From an uncultured Clostridia bacterium (GTDB lineage: Bacteria; Bacillota; Clostridia; Oscillospirales; Oscillospiraceae): a stretch of DNA of 40,962 nt. The translations under genes were made by a program, and so were the position numbers. Below, in pieces: positions 29,730 to 38,106 of this stretch (positions within the stretch are counted from its first letter, which is position 1; each line of letters begins with the position of its first letter). The notes under the pieces were generated by a model. It saw nothing but the letters and a program-made list of their open reading frames with translations. It was not told where the DNA came from and ran no database searches. The stretch lies in assembly GCA_946411545.1 (NCBI GenBank), contig CAMKEK010000001.1, positions 1 to 40,962 of the forward strand, given 5' to 3'.

Positions 29730-29786
29730 ACGCTGGCCGCTCCGAGTAGATCGGGGCGGCCTCTCAAATCCGGAAGGAGGTCTGCC

Positions 29787-30896
29787 ATGAAATGTAAATA
29801 CTGCAAGGCCGAAGATCTCCCGGCTCACAGCCGCTTCTGCCCCTGGTGCGGAAAGAAGCAGGATTCGGACAAGACGGAGGTCAAGGTTCCGCCGCCCCGG
29901 CAGCTGCCCTCCGGCACCTGGTTCGGCCGCGTCACCGTATCCGGCGAGCGTGTCCCCGTCTCCGCTCCCACCGAGGCGGAGTATTATACCAAGGCCCGCG
30001 CCGCCAAGCTGGAGCTGATCGAACGGAAGAACACTTTGCCGAAGATCACCCTCGGCGCCGCCATAGACAATTACATCCGGGACAATACCCCGGTCCTCAG
30101 TCCCTCCACCGTGAAGGGCTACAAGAGCTACCGGAAGCACCGGCTCCAGGCCTATATGGGCACGGGGATTGCCTCCATTCCCTGGCAGAAGATGGTCAGC
30201 GCGGAGGCCGAGGACATCGCGCCCAAGACGCTCCAGAACGTCTGGCGTCTGGTCACCGCCTCCCTCCGCTATGCCAAGGCCCCGGTGCCGACGGTTAACC
30301 TCTCCCAGGTGTCCCACTCCCAGCGTCCCTGGTTGGACTACAGTCAGATCCAGGTCTTTCTGAAAGCCGTGGAGGGGCAGACCTTCGAGGTGGCGGCTCT
30401 CCTGGCGCTCAACGGTCTCCGCCGCTCTGAGCTCCTGCACCTGACTTCCGCCGACATTGACCTGAAGAAGAACCTGATCCACGTCAACGGCGCCTCCGTC
30501 TATAATGACGCCGGCCTCCTCGTGGACAAGGACACCAACAAGACCCGCAGCTCCCAGCGCATCACCCACATTGTGATCCCGCGCCTGGCCACGCTGCTGG
30601 AGAGCATGGAGGGGAAGCTCGTCACCACAAAGCCCAACACCACCTACGCCCAGGTCAACCGGCTCTGCCGCCGCATCGGTCTCCCGGAGGTCGGCTGCCA
30701 TGGCCTGCGGCACTCCTTCGCCTCCCTGGCCTACCACCTCAAATGGAGCGAAGCCACCACCATGCGGGAGGGCGGCTGGTCAAACTCCAAAACGGTCCAC
30801 GATATCTACACCCATCTCGCCGCCCAGGATGCCGACGCGGATGTCCAGCGCATGATCGACTTCTACACATCTTCCTCCGCAGCGGAAAATAAATAG
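29787..30896 (+). CDS. int: tyrosine integrase with N-terminal zinc ribbon
   Basis: GLRRSEL, HGLRHSFAS and IYTH (the R...HxxR...Y catalytic set); CxxC...CxxC at the N-terminus; GGAAGGAGG RBS. Confidence 0.9.
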   Translation: MKCKYCKAEDLPAHSRFCPWCGKKQDSDKTEVKVPPPRQLPSGTWFGRVTVSGERVPVSAPTEAEYYTKARAAKLELIERKNTLPKITLGAAIDNYIRDNTPVLSPSTVKGYKSYRKHRLQAYMGTGIASIPWQKMVSAEAEDIAPKTLQNVWRLVTASLRYAKAPVPTVNLSQVSHSQRPWLDYSQIQVFLKAVEGQTFEVAALLALNGLRRSELLHLTSADIDLKKNLIHVNGASVYNDAGLLVDKDTNKTRSSQRITHIVIPRLATLLESMEGKLVTTKPNTTYAQVNRLCRRIGLPEVGCHGLRHSFASLAYHLKWSEATTMREGGWSNSKTVHDIYTHLAAQDADADVQRMIDFYTSSSAAENK

Positions 30897-30968
30897 GCAA
30901 AAAGAAAGCGGAGGCGGGAAACCACCTCCGTTCTCTTCGCATCCGTTACCATTTTCATTGCCGATTGA

Positions 30969-30998
30969 GTGTGTTTTTGACCCGGAAATGTGTGTTTT
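30969..30998 (+). promoter_or_regulatory. pair of 9-bp direct repeats GTGTGTTTT (30969..30977 and 30990..30998); candidate arm-type integrase sites
   Basis: Identical 9-mers 21 bp apart, between int and the tRNA fragment. Confidence 0.4.
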
Positions 30999-31080
30999 AC
31001 ATGGCATATTCTGTGGTAATGACCATGCCCGTGCCGCGCACCTTCAAAAACTATTTTTATTGAAATATGCAGAAAAACAG

Positions 31081-31114
31081 GACGCCGAAAAGTTTTTCAG
31101 AACTTTTCAGCGTC
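31081..31114 (+). terminator. hairpin terminator downstream of int
   Basis: gacgccgaaaagtt-tttcag-aacttttcagcgtc followed by cttttc. Confidence 0.6.
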
Positions 31115-31122
31115 CTTTTCAC

Positions 31123-31150
31123 TGGTGCCGGTGGTGGGACTCGAACCCAA
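31123..31150 (-). other. tRNA 3'-end fragment (T-arm, acceptor 3' strand and CCA); probable attP core
   Basis: Reverse complement is GGGTTCGAGTCCCACCACCGGCACCA. Sequence upstream of it cannot form the acceptor 5' strand, so this is not a full tRNA. It lies next to int. Confidence 0.65.
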
Positions 31151-31218
31151 ACCAATCCACCTATCCGCCGCTATTTATCAGCATTTTTTGCTTCGTTGGC
31201 AGATTCATTACCATTTTT

Positions 31219-31428
31219 CTAAAGATTTTCAGGTTTCTGTTCCTTGCAGATTTCGATGATCAGAGTCTTCACTGCAGACAGTCCCGCCATGGCAGCGCCC
31301 ACCAGGGCGCTCTTCCAGGCTGCGCCATCCATGCCGGCAGAAAACGTGGCAGGCAGCGCCACCAGGAAGCCCTCCACGAAAGTCCACGCGGCCCGCTCCA
31401 GGATGTTCAACCAGTCAATCTTCTTCAT
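31219..31428 (-). CDS. holin (LL-H/r1t-like small membrane protein)
   Basis: ILERAAWTFVEGFLVALP...; hydrophobic; last gene of the lysis cassette. Confidence 0.6.
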   Translation of the reverse strand: MKKIDWLNILERAAWTFVEGFLVALPATFSAGMDGAAWKSALVGAAMAGLSAVKTLIIEICKEQKPENL

Positions 31429-31442
31429 GTTCTCTTCTCCTT

Positions 31443-31727
31443 TCAGTCGTGCTGATCATGTGCAGCTTTGTTCAGATGCTTCTCAATTTTGTCAATGGCC
31501 TCCGTCACCGGCCCGTTGCAGCCCTGCTCCTTCAAGCCCTTCAGGCATGCCAAAGTTCCATACGTCAGCAATGTCTGCTCTTCCATGATGCTGTTGATTT
31601 TCTCGTCCTGCTTCTCCTGCCGCTCGAACCATCCGAACAGCTTGCGCAGATAGCTGACCACCGCCACGACCGCGCCGATAATCGCAGCCGCCGTCACAAC
31701 GGATTGCCAGCTCAATGTAATCTGCAT
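31443..31727 (-). CDS. membrane-anchored lysis-cassette protein (holin-like/accessory)
   Basis: N-terminal transmembrane segment VVTAAAIIGAVVAVV, then a coiled region; lies between the endolysin and holin genes. Confidence 0.45.
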   Translation of the reverse strand: MQITLSWQSVVTAAAIIGAVVAVVSYLRKLFGWFERQEKQDEKINSIMEEQTLLTYGTLACLKGLKEQGCNGPVTEAIDKIEKHLNKAAHDQHD

Positions 31728-31744
31728 GACACTCTCCTCCCCTC

Positions 31745-32554
31745 TCAGTTGCAGATCAGCGCTGCCCAGGTTGCGCTGTCGATCTCCCCGGTAGCCGGGA
31801 TCCCTTCACCGTCCTGGAAGTTCCTCACGGCCTCCTGCGTTTTGGGCCCGAACTCCCCGTCGGGGAGCTCTCGCTGGTACACCCACGACCAGGATCCTCC
31901 GCAGCGGAAGCCCCGGGCAATCAGCATCCGCTGGGCGTTGCGGACCGCCTCGCTTTCGTCTCCTTCTTTCAGGACCGGCAGCTGCACGGTCTGAGTCTGA
32001 TCTTCCGCCGGCGCCTCCGTCTCATCCTGCACAGTCTCCACCGGCTCCGGCTTATCCTCCACTTTCTCCACGACCTCCCACCGGGGCCGCCCGAACCCTG
32101 CCAGGCGCGGCGAATTGAGGGGCACCGTGTTCCGCGCCACCATGTCGCCGCTGTTTCCCTCCACGCTGGTGACGCTCCCCGATCCGACAGCAGTCACGAT
32201 CCCCGTATGGTTAATGGCCCCGTTCACCAGGAAGAACACCACGTCCCCCACCTGTGGGGAGACGAACCAGCGCCCGGCCTGCTTGAAGTTGTCCGCCCCG
32301 GCACTGCACAGCGGGATGGACGTAGGCCTGGAAGAGCACTGCAGCTCCAGCGCCAGATCCACGCCGAAGCACTCCACGAAGCCTGCCAGCACAAACTCTC
32401 CGCACCAGGGCTGGTTCTGCTTCGGCCCCCAGGTCAGGTTGTCGATCTTGTCCAGCTTCTCCGCGAACGGGTTCCAGTTGTTGGGCCCTTCACGGATGCC
32501 CACCTGTGAATTGCACCAGGACACAAGCTTGGCCTTCGCCTCGTCAATGGTCAT
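31745..32554 (-). CDS. endolysin: CHAP/NlpC-P60-type amidase-peptidase plus C-terminal peptidoglycan-binding domain
   Basis: QPWCGEFV (Cys) and INHTGIV (His); C-terminal AQRMLIARGF...DGEFGPKTQEAVRNFQ. Confidence 0.8.
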   Translation of the reverse strand: MTIDEAKAKLVSWCNSQVGIREGPNNWNPFAEKLDKIDNLTWGPKQNQPWCGEFVLAGFVECFGVDLALELQCSSRPTSIPLCSAGADNFKQAGRWFVSPQVGDVVFFLVNGAINHTGIVTAVGSGSVTSVEGNSGDMVARNTVPLNSPRLAGFGRPRWEVVEKVEDKPEPVETVQDETEAPAEDQTQTVQLPVLKEGDESEAVRNAQRMLIARGFRCGGSWSWVYQRELPDGEFGPKTQEAVRNFQDGEGIPATGEIDSATWAALICN

Positions 32555-32612
32555 AATTCATCCCCTCTCCGGGGCGGTTTCGAGCCGCCCCGATCTTAAC
32601 TTAAAGTGCATT

Positions 32613-35375
32613 TTATGTCGTGGTTAAGTGTCCCGTGTATGAGAAGTGCCTGTCTTTATACGGGCTATATTCCACCCATTCAGCGCCCGTGAACTCCGTG
32701 CCTGTTCCGACCTCCGTATCGTAGACTTTCCCGGTTTCCGCGTCGTAGGAGGCTCCGTTTGTGCTGCCGCCCAGCCGGATAAGGTCGATTGTGTGAGCGT
32801 CAAAATCAATCAGGACATAGTCAAGGGCCTGTTCCCCGATCGTGCCGATTTTCCGCACCTCTCGGATGCATTCGTCCCCATCCGAGCCCAGAAAAGCCCG
32901 GTCACAGGTCGTTGAAATTACAGGGGTCCCGCCGGGAGTCAGGGCGTTGCCGTCGTAGTGGACATGGCCGGTCAGAGCGCATACCACCTCGCAGTTCAGA
33001 CTCGCATAGCTATATTCCGTCCCGTTATAGCTGTAAGTCCCTCTGCCGTTGACAGCATCAATGATGTCGCGCACTTCATAAAATTTGGAATTGATCTGGT
33101 CCGTCCCATCGTTCCCATACGTCAGCCCGATGTGGGAAACGATGATAACGTGGTAGCCATCTTCAACCCTCGTCATCTCATCGGCGAGCCAAGTGATGCT
33201 TTCCGGGAACAGCGATGCGGAATTGTCGCAGCCAAGAACGTAAAACTTTGTTTTCTGTGCCGCGTTTCGGAACGTATAATCCGCTTTACTGCTCATGGAA
33301 TCGAACACCAGCTCCTGATTTTTGCAGAGCATCTCATAAAGTTCGGGCGAATGCAGCTCGTTTACTTCCTGAGAGGTTGTATCTCCGGGATTGTTGTACT
33401 CATGATTGCCCAGGCACATGTACAGATCGTCGTAGATTTTGTCCATGTATTCTCTGGTTTTAATCAGATTCTCCCGGCAAAGGGCTTTCGAGATCGTCCC
33501 TCGGAGCAGGTCGCCGCCACAGATCACCATCCGGTTGTTCAGGGTGTTTTTCAGATAGCTCGCGATTTCCACCGACTGGAATCCGTTTTCTACGGTTCCC
33601 CCGGCAGGCCGGTAATAATGCGGATCGGTAAACCACAGGAAGCTCGCGTTGTGGATACTGGCTCCCGCTCTCAGCTCGATGATGTCGTTCAGGCGTCCGC
33701 CGATATAGTCGTTGTCGAAATAGTAATCGTGCAGCGGCTGCTTCGCAGTTTCCGTTATTTCAAGAAGCGATTTGAGAACGGTGACGTCAATTAAATCCAC
33801 CTGCACGACCACATTGGTAACAGAGGCGCCGGAGGGGAAATAAAGGATAAGGCAGGCTAAATCCTCAGCGTTTGTTATGACACCGGAATAAGACACTCCT
33901 GTGCTGAAGCCGTTTTCCGTCACGATGTACGCAACCTGATCCCCCCCTGCGCCGGTCTTGTCGTAGCAGCCGACTCTGACCAGCCGATTGGCATCAACGC
34001 TGCCGGAAAGCTTGGAAACGGCAATAATGTAGTCATGAGTTGAGTCAAGCACAGGCAGGCTCTCTTCGAGCCAGTTGCTCGGGACGCCGTTTGTTGCGGC
34101 GAGCCCGTTTGTTATTTTGACGCGCACGTTCGCACTGGCGGAGCCGTTCAGGACAAAGCGATTTCCCTGTGCGGTCACGGTCAAGTCGCCATATGTCACA
34201 GACCCGTTTGTGACATTGAAATCCACCATCCCGGACGCCGCGTTCCGATTCTGCATCAGTTGAATGATACCGTCAACGCTCGCATCATGCAGGCCGACCT
34301 TGTCCCAGAGCAGTTCCTTCGCCTTTGTCACATCGAGAAAGCTGAATCTCACAACGAAGTCGCTGTAAACGGCGTTTTTTCGCGAGTAGGCTGTGAGGCA
34401 CCTGGCGTTGTCGCTGGAGGCGGTAAATTTATTGCCGTAAACGAATTCATGCGCGGCCACAACGCTGCTGTCAACCGAGATTGACTCGCCCGTCCCAGCT
34501 GCCGTATAAATTACGAAATTCGCCCAGCCGGTGCCGGAAATGATTTCGGCGCACATGACATATTCGTGCCCCTCAATCAGGCCGATCTGTTCCTCACGCC
34601 ATGCAGCTTGCACCGATGTGTTTCTGTCAAAAGCCGCGCCGGACATCTTAAAGCGAACGTTTGCTGTCCCGGTGCCGTTAAATTCCACCGTGTTCCCGAT
34701 GATGCTGTATTGGACGCCGCCGTAGTTTCCGTGCCCAAATTTGTCGTTTGCCACATCCACAAAGCAACCGTCGAGGGCAGGACCAAAGGCGCTCTTTAGG
34801 TTGCTGACGTTATCGCTCAGAGTCGTGTAGTCTTCCGGGATCGAGGCCCTCGCCGCAGCTGCCGCTTCCGCAATGGCCTCCTGCTGGGTGGCGCTCTCCG
34901 CCTGGATCGCCGCCGTCTGGGTTTCCCCGGCCTCGGTGATGGCCTCCAGGTTGTCGTCGATGACGCCCTTTGCATAGGTGGCCTTCTCCACCGCGTCCAT
35001 GGCCATCAGCTGAATCTGGGCCACCACGTCCGGATCAGGCTCCGGCTGGCTCTCGTCGCCCTCCGCCGCGCTGCGCTGGATCTTCCCGACCTTCGCCCAC
35101 AGCGTGGGGATGACCACGTCGCCGGCAGCGTTCTTGCCGACCACGCCCACATAGAACTTGTATCCCGCTTCGGCCAGAGGCCCGGCCGGGACCGTCACCG
35201 TGTCCTCCGTGATCACCACGCCGCTGGTGGTGCTGCCCAGGAAATAGGCGACCTTGGCAAGCCCATCCCACTCGCTGGAGAAGGTGAACTGGCATTCCAG
35301 GCCAACCCGGCCCGCCGTCAGGCGCTCGCTCTCGGCAATTGTAATCGCCGTATTGGAAACATTGCATTTGATCAT
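32613..35375 (-). CDS. tail fibre/receptor-binding protein with duplicated beta-sandwich-like modules and a C-terminal calcineurin-like metallophosphoesterase domain
   Basis: FTDPHYY, CGGDLL, GNHEYN, VSHIG and TGHVHYD motifs in canonical order. An N-terminal coiled-coil stalk precedes a low-GC distal part. Confidence 0.75.
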   Translation of the reverse strand: MIKCNVSNTAITIAESERLTAGRVGLECQFTFSSEWDGLAKVAYFLGSTTSGVVITEDTVTVPAGPLAEAGYKFYVGVVGKNAAGDVVIPTLWAKVGKIQRSAAEGDESQPEPDPDVVAQIQLMAMDAVEKATYAKGVIDDNLEAITEAGETQTAAIQAESATQQEAIAEAAAAARASIPEDYTTLSDNVSNLKSAFGPALDGCFVDVANDKFGHGNYGGVQYSIIGNTVEFNGTGTANVRFKMSGAAFDRNTSVQAAWREEQIGLIEGHEYVMCAEIISGTGWANFVIYTAAGTGESISVDSSVVAAHEFVYGNKFTASSDNARCLTAYSRKNAVYSDFVVRFSFLDVTKAKELLWDKVGLHDASVDGIIQLMQNRNAASGMVDFNVTNGSVTYGDLTVTAQGNRFVLNGSASANVRVKITNGLAATNGVPSNWLEESLPVLDSTHDYIIAVSKLSGSVDANRLVRVGCYDKTGAGGDQVAYIVTENGFSTGVSYSGVITNAEDLACLILYFPSGASVTNVVVQVDLIDVTVLKSLLEITETAKQPLHDYYFDNDYIGGRLNDIIELRAGASIHNASFLWFTDPHYYRPAGGTVENGFQSVEIASYLKNTLNNRMVICGGDLLRGTISKALCRENLIKTREYMDKIYDDLYMCLGNHEYNNPGDTTSQEVNELHSPELYEMLCKNQELVFDSMSSKADYTFRNAAQKTKFYVLGCDNSASLFPESITWLADEMTRVEDGYHVIIVSHIGLTYGNDGTDQINSKFYEVRDIIDAVNGRGTYSYNGTEYSYASLNCEVVCALTGHVHYDGNALTPGGTPVISTTCDRAFLGSDGDECIREVRKIGTIGEQALDYVLIDFDAHTIDLIRLGGSTNGASYDAETGKVYDTEVGTGTEFTGAEWVEYSPYKDRHFSYTGHLTTT

Positions 35376-35385
35376 GTTGTCCTCC

Positions 35386-37311
35386 TTATGCCGTCCGCTT
35401 CCAAACGTACACCGCCAGATAGGGCGGCATGTTGTTGTGGGCCTGTCCGCTGCCCAGCGGGGCCGTTGTGACGTCCTTTGTTGGGGTACCGCCGCCGTTT
35501 CGCGCCGCCAGCCACCAGCCGCTGGAGCCGGTGGCGGCGTTGGACTGCCACATGCCGAACTCGTTGTCCAGAGCGCCGCTGCCGTCGTGGGCGAGATCGC
35601 CCACCGGGATGTTCTCTGCCGGCAGCTCCGCCCGAGTCAGTGTGTGCTCCGCCTCGCCCCCGGTGCTGCCCGCAGGATAGTCGGTCGTTGTAACCGTCGC
35701 CGCCAGCAGGAACTTTCCTTCCACCCGCTCCCAGGTTCCGCCCAGATAGCCCGCCGGGCTCACGTTGTTGGTGCTCATGTAGATACTTCCGATTGGGTAG
35801 ATGAGATCAATCAGCGTCCGCTGTCCGATCATCAGCGTCCACCCTGCCGGAAGCTCCAGCGCGTTTCCGTACTCCGGCGCCTTGCCGAAGGCCACGCCCT
35901 GCCCGTCGGCCCGGAACTTCATGGCCCACTGTCTGGTCGGCAGCTTGATCAGCGTCTCCGCGCTGTTGCCCAGGCTGTCCGTTACCCGCAGCCGGACCTC
36001 CCAGCTGGTGTCCGGAGAGAAGCCGCTGGAGAGGATCCGCGTCTCCGTCTCCGCCGTCTCTCCCTGGGTGCTCTGGATGGTCAGGGCCTCCCCTGCGCCG
36101 CTGTAGGACCCGCTCATGGGTCTCGTCCAGTACCGCACGCTCACCTGGTTCTGTCCGCCCAGCGCCGCCATGGTGGCCGTCGCGTGGATGCTCAGCCCGT
36201 TCCCGTCCTCCGGCAGGCCGCTCTGGTCGCTGTTGTACCGGCTCACGTTTCCGCTGACCGTTGGCAGCCGGTACGGCAGGACTGTCACGGCAAAGTTCTC
36301 CGCCGCGGAAAAGCCTCTGCTGTCGATGACGGTACACACGACGGTTGCCCCGTCTGCCAGCACGCCGCTGCGGTACGGGCTCTCCGTCACCGTCTCCCCC
36401 AGCGCCTCAAAGCGGTATCCTGCAATCGTGGCCCCGCTCACAAGCGTGATCTTGCTGGCGTCGAAGCTGGCCTCCGCCCTGCTGTATCCCTGGATAAAGC
36501 CGCTCAGCCCATAAGCCGGATCCCCGCTCGCTCCGTTATAGGCGCTGACTGTCGCCCAGCCCGCTGCCGGCTGCGGTTTCACGTCTTCCTCCCGGAAACG
36601 CACCCGGATGGTGGTGCTGCTGGTTCCGTAGCTGGTGCTGCCGTTGAAGGTCTCCACGGTGACCGTGGCCTCCGCGCTGGCCGCGTTGGTGATCAGCGGC
36701 GCATAGGTGGGCACCGTCGGCATCCATTCCAGCAGGCCGTTCTCCGGCCACTCGTCTGTCTGGGCCAGCAGCTGCGTCGTCACGCCCGCACAGCTGACAC
36801 TCACCGTGTGGGTCACCGTCGTTGTTGCCCGTGTCAGGCGGATTGGGATCGTATCCCCGAAGTATCCGTCCTCCGCCGTCACGGTGGAGGCGACGGCATA
36901 GGTGCCGCTCAGGGTCACCGCGTTGCCTGTCAGGCCATTGATGTACCATTCGCAATAGCTGGGGGATCCTGGGAAGATGAACAGGTAATAGGTGGTGTTG
37001 GGCAGCAGGTTCTGGCTGATGCTGCCGGACAGCGCCGTCCCGGTCTGCGCGCCGCAGGCCTTGCCCGCCGTGCCGCAATACCCATTGTATGCCGTGGCGC
37101 TGGTGCTGATAATAAAGCGGAAGATCCCGGCCGTTGCCCAGGTGGAGGCGTCATCCGGCGTCATGTTGTCAAAATTCTTTGTCCGGAAGCTCAGGCTTGT
37201 GGCGCCGGTTGCCGGCGTGGTGAATTTGAATCTCGCCGTCTTGGCGCCGCCCACATAGCCCACAAGGCCGCTGCCGCCGTTGTAATAGGGCGTTACGCTT
37301 GCTGTCGCCAT
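35386..37311 (-). CDS. tail fibre/baseplate-type protein with C-terminal phage tail-collar domain
   Basis: IYPIGSIYMS...GGTWERVEGKFLL...GGEAEHTLT...HNNMPPYLAVYVWKRTA. Confidence 0.75.
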   Translation of the reverse strand: MATASVTPYYNGGSGLVGYVGGAKTARFKFTTPATGATSLSFRTKNFDNMTPDDASTWATAGIFRFIISTSATAYNGYCGTAGKACGAQTGTALSGSISQNLLPNTTYYLFIFPGSPSYCEWYINGLTGNAVTLSGTYAVASTVTAEDGYFGDTIPIRLTRATTTVTHTVSVSCAGVTTQLLAQTDEWPENGLLEWMPTVPTYAPLITNAASAEATVTVETFNGSTSYGTSSTTIRVRFREEDVKPQPAAGWATVSAYNGASGDPAYGLSGFIQGYSRAEASFDASKITLVSGATIAGYRFEALGETVTESPYRSGVLADGATVVCTVIDSRGFSAAENFAVTVLPYRLPTVSGNVSRYNSDQSGLPEDGNGLSIHATATMAALGGQNQVSVRYWTRPMSGSYSGAGEALTIQSTQGETAETETRILSSGFSPDTSWEVRLRVTDSLGNSAETLIKLPTRQWAMKFRADGQGVAFGKAPEYGNALELPAGWTLMIGQRTLIDLIYPIGSIYMSTNNVSPAGYLGGTWERVEGKFLLAATVTTTDYPAGSTGGEAEHTLTRAELPAENIPVGDLAHDGSGALDNEFGMWQSNAATGSSGWWLAARNGGGTPTKDVTTAPLGSGQAHNNMPPYLAVYVWKRTA

Positions 37312-37314
37312 CTC

Positions 37315-38106
37315 TTAGCCTCCTATGTACCGGATGCCCAATCCACCCGTCGCGGTCATCTCCCAGCCGTCTCCCAGCTGCAGGCTGCTCTCCGTGATCA
37401 GTCTCGCCGCGTGCAGCGAGCTGTCGTTGGACGCGAACCAGCCCACCTTCTGCCCGTCGATCCAGAATTGCCAGCCCTTTGCGGTATACAGGCCGAAGGT
37501 CTGGTTCCCTGCCAGCTCATAGTATTGCAGGCCGCCCTTCTCCTGGGTAGCGGCGCCGAAGTTCAGCTTCTCTGCCACCGCGATGCCGAAGATGTACTCG
37601 CCCGTCTCCGGATCCGTCAGGAAGCCCCTGCGGATCTCGCCGTGCAGCTGCTCCACCGCCTGCCGCACGCCTCCTGTATAGGTGTTCCCGGCCTCCACGC
37701 TGGTGAGCATATCGAACTGCTCCACCACTGCCTTGGCCGTGGCCTCCATCTCCAGCCGTGCGCTCTCCCGGTATGTGCCGAAGTCTGATGCCGCCACATA
37801 ATCGCTGCGCAGGATTTCCCGGATCATTTCCACGTTCTCCAGGATGGTCTCTGCGGTCGTCTTCAGGATCAGGTCCCGCTGCCGCGCGGCGCTTGCACGC
37901 AGCCGCTCGATATCCTCCATGGTGGCCGTCTCGCCGCTGCCCTTGCTGCGGCTCGTCCCACTCTGCTGCATGGCGCTGCTCTGGGCTGCAGGCAGCGTTT
38001 CACCCTCGCCGCCTCCGTTCATCCGGGCGATGCGCACCAGATAGGCACGAAGCGCCGCGATCTGCTGGGCCTCGCTCCCGCTCAGGATCGGCGGTAACTC
38101 ATACAT
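37315..38106 (-). CDS. tail structural protein (263 aa), function unknown
   Basis: Translationally coupled within the tail module; GGAGG RBS. Confidence 0.55.
   Translation of the reverse strand: MYELPPILSGSEAQQIAALRAYLVRIARMNGGGEGETLPAAQSSAMQQSGTSRSKGSGETATMEDIERLRASAARQRDLILKTTAETILENVEMIREILRSDYVAASDFGTYRESARLEMEATAKAVVEQFDMLTSVEAGNTYTGGVRQAVEQLHGEIRRGFLTDPETGEYIFGIAVAEKLNFGAATQEKGGLQYYELAGNQTFGLYTAKGWQFWIDGQKVGWFASNDSSLHAARLITESSLQLGDGWEMTATGGLGIRYIGG

Noticed and set aside
31123-31200. Possible complete tRNA gene on the minus strand
   Set aside because: Only the T-arm 3' part, the acceptor 3' strand and CCA are present. The sequence where the 5' acceptor strand should lie (..caacgaa..) cannot pair with CACCGGC. 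It is therefore interpreted as the attP core fragment.
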